A DNA stretch of 64,000 nt from Longimicrobiales bacterium (lineage in GTDB: Bacteria; Gemmatimonadota; Gemmatimonadetes; Longimicrobiales; Gaopeijiaceae), in assembly GCA_965204735.1 (NCBI GenBank), contig OZ242008.1:3840001-3904000 (forward strand), written 5' to 3'. The position numbers and the translations under genes are program-made. Positions 57,213 through 64,000 of this stretch are shown here, piece by piece (position 1 is the stretch's first letter; each line of letters begins with the position of its first letter). The notes under the pieces were generated by a model. That model was not told where the DNA came from. It did no database searches and worked only from the letters and a program-made list of their open reading frames with translations.

Positions 57213-58346
57213 TCAGGCCATTGCGGCGAAGAGGGAGGCGTGGCTGGCGAGGATGCGGTCGGTGGCGGCCGGATCCGGGTCCAGCGTCTCCACGCCCTCC
57301 TCGAAGGTGCCGCCCAGGAGCACGCCGTCGGTGCGAGGGAACATGTAGAGGCTCTGCGAGGGCGAGAAGCGTCCGCCGCCGACGGTCAGGTACTCGATTC
57401 CGGGCTGGGGCCGCAAGACCACCAGCTGTCCCTTGATCGGTACGAGGGAGCGGTCCCCGAATAGCTCCCGGGACCCCAAGCCGGTGCAGTTGACGACGAC
57501 GGGCTCCGGGAGGGCGGCCAGCTGGCGACGGTCGGCGATCTCGCCCACCACCACGTCGCCGCCGGCGATGCGGAAGTCGCGCAGAACCGCCCGAAGGTAG
57601 CGCGACGGCTCGATGAACATCGTCGCGACCCGACGGGCGTGGCGCGTCGGGAAGGGATGATCGTCGCCCTCCAGGTCCTCCCACTCGGGAAACAGATCGC
57701 GAATGCGAGCCATGTGCTCCGGCTCCCCCAGCGGGCGCTCGGAGAGGAAGTAGTTGTCGATCCAGCGGACGCCGTAGTCGGGGCCGACCAGACGTTGGAA
57801 GCTTCGGTGGGCGAGGCGCGCTGCCCGCTCGAACTGAGCGCCGAACGGTCCGGACAGGTCGTCCGCCACCGTCGTGGGCGACCATTGCGCGCCCGCAACG
57901 TTGGAGGTGGTGTGTGGCGGGAGCTCCCGTGCGTAGATCGTCGCCCGACGGCCCCGGCGTTGCAGCAGCGTGGCGGTCGCAAGTCCCACCGCTCCGGCCC
58001 CCAGCACGGCCACGTCGCCTTCGGTTCCAGCGTCGGCGACCAGCTCCGCCGCCATCGCCGCGGTGCCCCTGGAAAGGGTTACGCCGGCCCCGCCGTGGCC
58101 GTAGTTGTGGACCAGCAGCTTTCCGGCCACGCGCTCCGCCTGGACCACGAACCCCTCGGGGCGGTAGGGCCGCAGCCCGGCGACCACTCGAATCACCCGG
58201 TCGCGGGAGACTCGGACGGGTCGAACCCACGCCCTGCCGTCCGGTCCCCAGCCCGGGCCGGGGCGTCCTCTTCCGAAGGCGCCGCAGGCGCTTGCCCAAC
58301 CGGCGGCGGAAACGCCCGCCACCTTGAGCCATCTGCGCCTGTCCAT
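57213..58346 (-). CDS. Tat-exported D-amino acid oxidase family FAD oxidoreductase
   Basis: MDRRRWLK; GLRPYR and HNYGHGGAG precede GAGAVGL, TSNVAG, VNCTGLG. Confidence 0.88.
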   Translation of the reverse strand: MDRRRWLKVAGVSAAGWASACGAFGRGRPGPGWGPDGRAWVRPVRVSRDRVIRVVAGLRPYRPEGFVVQAERVAGKLLVHNYGHGGAGVTLSRGTAAMAAELVADAGTEGDVAVLGAGAVGLATATLLQRRGRRATIYARELPPHTTSNVAGAQWSPTTVADDLSGPFGAQFERAARLAHRSFQRLVGPDYGVRWIDNYFLSERPLGEPEHMARIRDLFPEWEDLEGDDHPFPTRHARRVATMFIEPSRYLRAVLRDFRIAGGDVVVGEIADRRQLAALPEPVVVNCTGLGSRELFGDRSLVPIKGQLVVLRPQPGIEYLTVGGGRFSPSQSLYMFPRTDGVLLGGTFEEGVETLDPDPAATDRILASHASLFAAMA

Positions 58347-58381
58347 GGCCGTGCGGGTCGCTCTGGGGTCGCCTCCGGCTG

Positions 58382-58852
58382 CTACTTGTCGTCCTCCCTG
58401 ACCACCAGCTCGGTCGTGATCTCGATGCACTTTCGCAAGGTCCGGTAGACCGGGCATCGCATGGCGTGCACCTCGAAAGCGCGCTGGACCGCGTCCTCGT
58501 CGGCCCCGGACGCCTTCAGGTCGTAGCGCACATGAACCTCCCGGATGACCAGGACGCCCTCGTCCTTGCCCACCTTGCCGCGAACGTCGGCGGTCAGCCG
58601 TCCATCCGAAGCGTTGATCCCGCGTGCCTCCAGCACGCCCCCAAAGGTGCCGACCAGTCAGCCGCCGGTGGCGGCCATCACGTAGTCGAGGGTGGTCGTG
58701 ATCTCTTGGGCCGGGCTCACGCCGTAGTGCTCGGCAATCGCGCCGTGGACCCCGAACTCGACGGGTCCGTCGTGGGCCGGGAGGTACGCAAGGCGGTGGG
58801 GTCCGCGCGTGCGTTCGATGCGGATGCTGGCTTCGTAGGCCGTGTCGTTCAT
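58382..58852 (-). CDS. OsmC/Ohr-like protein with in-frame TGA, probable selenocysteine
   Basis: One frame from ATG 58852 to TAG 58382 with TGA at 58658-58660: LDYVMAATGG-U-LVGTFGG; distal CPVYRTL motif. Confidence 0.85.
58622..58638 (-). promoter_or_regulatory. Putative bacterial SECIS hairpin
   Basis: GCGUGC-UGGAG-GCACGC perfect 6-bp stem; loop begins 26 nt after UGA, G at second loop position. Confidence 0.65.
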
Positions 58853-58938
58853 CTCGTTGCTTTCTCGCGGGGCGCTCGGCGGGCGGCTGCGGTCTGGGGG
58901 GCGTCGGAGGCTGGACAGTCGGGCGTCGGGTCCATGGT

Positions 58939-59505
58939 TCAGGCGGCGGGCCAGAGCCAGCCGAAGAGGGCGCCGGTGACGACCGCGTAGACCACCCCGT
59001 CCACGGCGTACTTGAAGGCGACTCTGGCGGGCAACCCGAACCAGATGCTGTCCTGCACGCCGATGAAGCCGTACGCCAGGAGCGCGGCCAGCCCGGTGGT
59101 GTGGAAGATGGTCGCAAAGCCAGTCCCCGGGGGCAGCGCCGGCGAGGCCAGCAAGGCGATGACGATGCTGACGACCAAGTAGTAGACGAACGACTTGATC
59201 AGCGACGAGCGCATGTTCAAGACCGCCTCGGGGTCGCGAACCCGAAGGATTCCGACCGGTCCCGCCTTGACTTTGGCTCGGTACTCCTCGGCCGCCGCCT
59301 GCTCCCACTTGGCGAACGGAAAGTAGTAGTAGCCCGGCCCCACGCCGACGAACTTCCTCACGGCGTCCATGAAGCCGTCTTCGTCCTCGACCCCCTTCAG
59401 GTCCGACTTGTGGTGGGGCATGGCCATCCAGATGATCGCGCTGACGACGAACAGCGCCGCCGAGGTGGCGAGGATGGGCAGCCAGAGCATGGTGATCAGG
59501 TGCAC
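58939..59505 (-). CDS. Hypothetical membrane protein
   Basis: AAGGAG + GTG; LWLPIL..., WMAMPHHKSD, PGYYYFP, four TMs, ends WLWP. Confidence 0.75.
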   Translation of the reverse strand: MHLITMLWLPILATSAALFVVSAIIWMAMPHHKSDLKGVEDEDGFMDAVRKFVGVGPGYYYFPFAKWEQAAAEEYRAKVKAGPVGILRVRDPEAVLNMRSSLIKSFVYYLVVSIVIALLASPALPPGTGFATIFHTTGLAALLAYGFIGVQDSIWFGLPARVAFKYAVDGVVYAVVTGALFGWLWPAA

Positions 59506-59856
59506 GGGGCGCTCCTTGCTGGGGAAGGTCGCTGGTTCCACGGGTTGGCCCGGCGGGTCCCGACGGCGAGTTGGAAGGATAGTGGCCCGAAGGCCGCCGA
59601 GGCAAGCGCGCAACTCTCCCGATGTTGGCCGCCTTCGGCAGGCCGTCGCGACGCCGGCCGGGGGGAGCCTCCGCGGCAACTCTGCGGAGCGACGGACCCT
59701 GGTCGGGCGGCCGCTTGCCCGGGCTGGGCATTCGGCCTTATTGTACTGTCCGGGTTGTGGCTTGTGTCCAACGATGTCGTGCCCCATCTGCTGCCCGTTC
59801 ACGACGCGCCAGCGATTTCAGGAGGAATCGGAGCCAGAATGCGAAGCGAAGCTGAG

Positions 59857-60291
59857 ATGGCGAGCAGTAGTAGATCCGAACAACCGAGATGGCGTTATCG
59901 GTTCGCGAGCTTCTCTCGTGCGCACGACCTGCTGCACCAGGCGCTTGAAGGGGACGTCGAGACACTGAGTCCCTTGGAGCTTGCGGGGGTGAGTCGATAC
60001 TTCGGCTTCACGTTCGAGCTGGGCTGGAAGCTTCTCAGGGACCGCCTGGAGTACGACGGAGTCTTCCTCCCGATCGTTACGCCCCGAGCGGTTGTTCGGG
60101 CGGCGCACGAAGCTCGATTGATTGAGGACGAAGACGGCGCAACATGGATGGACATGCTGGGAGACCGCAACAAGACATCCCACATGTACGACGCCGGCTT
60201 GGTCGCGGACGTCGTCAGGGACATCCAGTCTCGCTATCTGACGGCCTTCGATCACTTGCGTGCGAAGATTCGCGAGCAGATGCCGTCGTGA
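59857..60291 (+). CDS. HI0074-family HEPN protein (nucleotidyltransferase substrate-binding / HepT-like)
   Basis: RWRYRF, FGFTFELGWKLL, TPRAVVR, WMDMLGDRNKTSHMYD with intact Rx4H. Confidence 0.88.
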   Translation: MASSSRSEQPRWRYRFASFSRAHDLLHQALEGDVETLSPLELAGVSRYFGFTFELGWKLLRDRLEYDGVFLPIVTPRAVVRAAHEARLIEDEDGATWMDMLGDRNKTSHMYDAGLVADVVRDIQSRYLTAFDHLRAKIREQMPS

Positions 60292-60330
60292 GCGCACCGG
60301 GCGTTCCTGCGGCCGGGAGATGGTGCGACA

Positions 60331-62004
60331 ATGGCTAGTTGGGACAGCTACTTGAAACGTGCCGAGAGCACGGAAACGGCCTGGGACTTAGACGCGGATG
60401 GGAGTCGGCTCAAGATCGCCCGGCCTGCTTGGGTCGAAGATCGACAAGAAGAGCTTAGGAGGGCCGCCGAAGCGATGGAGGCCCAGAACAACTGGCGCGT
60501 GCCTCTTGATGCCGCCTACCGGGGTCGGGGTGCCTACGACCCGTTCCCCGGACGGCGACGTTTTCAGCACTGGTACGATTCGGACCAGGCGGGCATGCGA
60601 GATACGCTAATGACCGCCTGGAAGCCGCTTGCCAGCGGTGCGGACAAGGATCAGGAAGTTCTTGGTCGTATTCGTCGCGTCGAGAAACAGATACCCCAGG
60701 GAACAAAGGGTCTGAAGGACGGAGCACAGCCCTACCGTGCGGTAATGCTCAATCTGATTTCCGTCTTGATGAGCCGCGTCGACGTTGAGAGGTACCCCGA
60801 ATACATGTGGATGTGGTTCAGCGACGCTTTCAAGCGTACAGGCTATGGTGGCCCAGGAAACAAGCTGGACGTCGCAGAGACATATGGCTTCTTCTTGAAA
60901 TTCCTTGATAAGTTCATCGAGGAAGCAAAGGAAAGACTGCCCGTCTCCAGTCGGCTGGATGCATGCCTTCTTATCGACAGCATTCGGAGAAGCGACACTC
61001 ACCGCACCCGGGCAAGCGATGATACCGAGAGGATTTCGGCAGACGACGAGCTGCTCGCCCTGGCAAGCCAACTCTCTTTGGATGTGCACGAACTTCAGGA
61101 GATCCAGTCTCTCCTCGAAGACAAGCGTCAGGTCATCTTCCAGGGGCCGCCCGGCACCGGAAAGACCTACGTTGCCCGAGAGCTGGCCAAGTGCCTCGCC
61201 CGTTTCACGGACGACGAGGACGAGTCCGCAACCGAAGCCCGAGTCCGGCTCGTCCAGTTCCATCCGGCGTATGCATACGAGGACTTCATCCAGGGGTTTC
61301 GGCCCAAGCTGATCAATGATCAGCCAGGCTTCGAGTTGCGGGACGGTCCCCTTGTCCAGATGGCGGAACGGGCCCGGGAGGAACCCGAAGCGAGGCACTT
61401 CCTTGTGATCGACGAGATCAATCGGGGGAACCTTGCCAAGGTGTTCGGCGAGCTGTACTTCCTGCTAGAGTATCGAGACGAGGAGCTGCGGCTCCAGTAC
61501 TCCGACTTGCCGTTCAGCTTGCCGAAAAACCTCTACATCATCGGCACCATGAACACGGCGGATCGCTCCATCGCGCTTGTGGACCTGGCGCTGCGACGAC
61601 GCTTCCACTTCGTCGAGTTCCACCCGGACGTCCCGCCGATCCGGGGCCTGCTCAAGCGATGGCTGAAAAAGAACGCGCCAGATGTGTTATGGATCGCCGA
61701 GGTAGTCGATCGCGCCAACGAGAAGCTGGACGACCACCAGGCGTCGATCGGGCCGACCTACTTCATGCCAAAAGACGGACGACTGGACGAATCCAGGATA
61801 AGCATGATCTGGAAGCACAACGTTCTGCCCTACATTGAAGAACGCCTCTTCGGAGACCGCGAGAAGCTCGAGGACTTCAAGTTGAGCACGCCGAGCAATG
61901 AAGTCCAAGACGCCGAAGACGGACAGAAGGAAGCCGAGACCGATGCCGGCACGTCCGACGACACGGCGGCCGGGACGGAAGGCGAGCCGGGCTCCGACGA
62001 CTGA
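60331..62004 (+). CDS. mcrB: McrB-like AAA+ GTPase
   Basis: GPPGTGKT, VQFHPAYAYEDF, IDEINRGN, GTMNTADRS, ALRRRF. Confidence 0.92.
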   Translation: MASWDSYLKRAESTETAWDLDADGSRLKIARPAWVEDRQEELRRAAEAMEAQNNWRVPLDAAYRGRGAYDPFPGRRRFQHWYDSDQAGMRDTLMTAWKPLASGADKDQEVLGRIRRVEKQIPQGTKGLKDGAQPYRAVMLNLISVLMSRVDVERYPEYMWMWFSDAFKRTGYGGPGNKLDVAETYGFFLKFLDKFIEEAKERLPVSSRLDACLLIDSIRRSDTHRTRASDDTERISADDELLALASQLSLDVHELQEIQSLLEDKRQVIFQGPPGTGKTYVARELAKCLARFTDDEDESATEARVRLVQFHPAYAYEDFIQGFRPKLINDQPGFELRDGPLVQMAERAREEPEARHFLVIDEINRGNLAKVFGELYFLLEYRDEELRLQYSDLPFSLPKNLYIIGTMNTADRSIALVDLALRRRFHFVEFHPDVPPIRGLLKRWLKKNAPDVLWIAEVVDRANEKLDDHQASIGPTYFMPKDGRLDESRISMIWKHNVLPYIEERLFGDREKLEDFKLSTPSNEVQDAEDGQKEAETDAGTSDDTAAGTEGEPGSDD

Positions 62005-62018
62005 TCGCCTCCAAACCA

Positions 62019-63308
62019 ATGCAAGACAGCAACAGGGCCGCAGTGCGGCAGATCGACCTCTACGAGCACCGGAGAAGCGATCCGCTGCCTCTCTCGGCCA
62101 AGGAGATCAAGGATCTGCGCAGCGTGCTGGACTCGGCGCGACTCGGCATCGAGCCCGCCGAGGGAACGGCTGGGCACTGCTATCACCTGAAGCCTTCGTC
62201 CACCATCGGCGCGTTTCAAGTCGGCGACCTCTCGGTGTCGATCCGGCCCAAGCTGGCGATCTCCCAAGTGCTCTTCCTCGCGTCCTATGCAATGGACGAA
62301 TTCAAGGCGCCCCCTGGGTGGCCTCCGCAGGTGCCCACGTCCGACCTTGTTCAGGCGATGGCCTACTTGTTGGCTCTTGCGGCGCAGCGAGCCTTCGCTC
62401 GCGGACTGCATCGCGACTACCGAGAGCACGAGGAGGCGTTGACGACTGTCAAGGGCCGGATTCGCGTTGCCGAGCAGATTCGACGCCGCTTTGGCGTCCC
62501 GATCCCCGTCGAAGTGCGCTACGACGACTTCACCGAAGACGTCACCGCAAACCGTCTGGTGAAGGCCGCAGCCGAGGCGCTGATCCAGATGCGTCTTCGG
62601 GACCGGAACGACCGCACGAGGCTGACCCAAGTGTTGGCCAGGCTGGAGAACGTGTCGTGGGTGGAGTACGAACGCGAGCGCGTGCCCGATGTCCGCTTCA
62701 ACCGCCTCAACGAGCACTACCGAGAGGTTGTGGCGCTCTCCCGCATCGTGCTCCAGCACCGGTCCATCGAGGCACAGCGCGGCGACATCCTGGCGCCCGG
62801 CTTCCTGATGGACATGAACAGGGTCTTCGAGAGCTTCGTCGTGCGGGCGCTGCGGAAGGAGCTGAAGCTCACCGAGCGCACGTTTCGGTCGGGTCAGAGG
62901 CTGGGACAGCACATCTTCTTGGCCAAGGACGAAGGCATCCAGCTCAAGCCCGACCTCACGTGGTGGGAGAGGGGCGAATGCACCTTCGTCGGCGACGCCA
63001 AGTACAAGCGCATCGACCACGACACGCCCAACGCCGACCTCTACCAAATGCTGGCGTACGCCACTGCCCTGGACTTGCCCGGCGGCCTGCTGATCTACGC
63101 CCAGGGCACGGAGGCAAAGACGTACGCGGAGGCAAAGACGTACGAGGTGCGCCACTGCGGGAAGCTGCTGGAAGTGTTCGCCCTCGACCTTTCCGGGACT
63201 CGCCAGGAGCTGTTGGACCGAGTGCGGGCGCTGGCCGAGCGCGTTCGCAGGCTGCGCAGCATGGCCCGCGACCAAGTCGTCGCCGACAAGCCGACGCGCG
63301 CGGCCTGA
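62019..63308 (+). CDS. mcrC: McrC-like nuclease subunit
   Basis: RGLHRDY, VKGRI, NRLVKAA, DMNRVFE, LKPDL, DAKYK, DLYQMLAY. Confidence 0.92.
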   Translation: MQDSNRAAVRQIDLYEHRRSDPLPLSAKEIKDLRSVLDSARLGIEPAEGTAGHCYHLKPSSTIGAFQVGDLSVSIRPKLAISQVLFLASYAMDEFKAPPGWPPQVPTSDLVQAMAYLLALAAQRAFARGLHRDYREHEEALTTVKGRIRVAEQIRRRFGVPIPVEVRYDDFTEDVTANRLVKAAAEALIQMRLRDRNDRTRLTQVLARLENVSWVEYERERVPDVRFNRLNEHYREVVALSRIVLQHRSIEAQRGDILAPGFLMDMNRVFESFVVRALRKELKLTERTFRSGQRLGQHIFLAKDEGIQLKPDLTWWERGECTFVGDAKYKRIDHDTPNADLYQMLAYATALDLPGGLLIYAQGTEAKTYAEAKTYEVRHCGKLLEVFALDLSGTRQELLDRVRALAERVRRLRSMARDQVVADKPTRAA

Positions 63309-63360
63309 CCGGCGGGCGAGGGACGACGACGCGCCGACCCCGCCCATCCCGCGTCCGACC

Positions 63361-64000
63361 CTACGCCAGCACGGCGTCGAACCCCGCGCCCAGCCGGTCC
63401 AGCGCTTGGCGCAACTCGTCTTCGGGCGGGCCGAACCCGATCCGAATCGCGGACTCGACGCCGACCTGGGTGCCGGGCACCACCAGCAGGCTCTGCTCGA
63501 CGCGCAGCCGCTCCGCCAACTCCTCCGAGCCGATGGGGGCGTCGTAGCGCGCGACGCAGATCGCGCCGGCGTCGGGGGGCGTGCACCGGAAGAAGCCGTT
63601 GCGGGAGTCCATCCACTCCGACAGCACCGCGAAGTTGCGCCGCACGATCGCGCGGGTGCGCTCCAGCAGCTTGGGCCGCACCTCCGGGGAAAGCGCCACC
63701 AGGGCAAGCGCGTCGGAGAGCACCGCGGGAGCGATCGTGGTGTAGTCGGTCCGGGCCCAAAGGCGCTCCGCCATCCCGTCCGCCGCAACGCACCATCCCA
63801 ACCGCGCGCCGGGCATTCCGTACGCCTTCGAGAGGGAGTTGGTCACCACCACCTTCTCGTACCGCCCCCAAAAGCTGGCGACCGGCTCGTTCCGCGCCTC
63901 GGCGCCCCGGTACACCTCGTCCGAGAGGATCCACGCGCCGTGCCGGTCCGCCAGGGAGACGATCCCGTCGATCTCGCCGGAAGTCAGCGCCACGCCCGTC
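63361..64000 (-). CDS. Class I/II PLP aminotransferase (5' end beyond window)
   Basis: LSDEVYR, SLSKAYGMPGARLGW, IRIGFG. Confidence 0.9.
   Translation of the reverse strand, partial: TGVALTSGEIDGIVSLADRHGAWILSDEVYRGAEARNEPVASFWGRYEKVVVTNSLSKAYGMPGARLGWCVAADGMAERLWARTDYTTIAPAVLSDALALVALSPEVRPKLLERTRAIVRRNFAVLSEWMDSRNGFFRCTPPDAGAICVARYDAPIGSEELAERLRVEQSLLVVPGTQVGVESAIRIGFGPPEDELRQALDRLGAGFDAVLA

Noticed and set aside
58658..58660. Pseudogene or two separate small genes
   Set aside because: The stop is UGA exactly at the expected catalytic Cys, both halves are intact and in frame, and a SECIS-like hairpin follows; recoding is the simpler explanation, though not proven.
59506..59856. MNT antitoxin gene or structured ncRNA upstream of the HEPN gene
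   Set aside because: No GS...DxD nucleotidyltransferase motif seen in the listed frames; only short GC hairpins that I cannot assign to an RNA family.

Overview
GC-rich bacterial chromosomal segment. Gene content (SusC/SusD pair, REC-PglZ regulator next to msbA/lpxL, many Tat and lipoprotein exports, characteristic small hypotheticals) suggests Gemmatimonadota; this is an inference. About 58 CDS can be supported. I saw no rRNA, tRNA, CRISPR array, transposase or integrase. Main blocks: a split 5'-nucleotidase whose C-domain is fused to an amidohydrolase; a flippase plus two GT4 glycosyltransferases; an envelope cluster with two di-heme DHOR lipoproteins, SusCD, a GldAFG-like ABC system, DUF4340, a PPIase and DUF4399; an ABC ATPase plus permease-M1 peptidase fusion; a coupled Tat/GMC-DUF1326-DUF2182 operon; housekeeping genes (ychF, rpsU, thiolase, hydroxyacyl-CoA dehydrogenase, LeuB-like, glycosylasparaginase, hydantoinase B); a lipid A operon bracketed by two DNA methyltransferases plus a putative restriction endonuclease; and a defence locus at the right end. 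Best leads: (1) an OsmC-like gene read through an in-frame TGA at the catalytic Cys position and followed by a SECIS-like hairpin (probable selenoprotein, split in the ORF track); (2) a HEPN(HI0074)-McrB-McrC locus with no adjacent MNT antitoxin and an unrecognised McrB N-terminal domain; (3) an unannotated 21-aa cationic amphipathic sORF with a strong RBS upstream of the putative REase; (4) the DHOR-SusCD-Gld cluster rich in Cys/His motifs; (5) genes that appear to need CTG/ACG starts. All family calls are by-eye motif recognition, not database searches.
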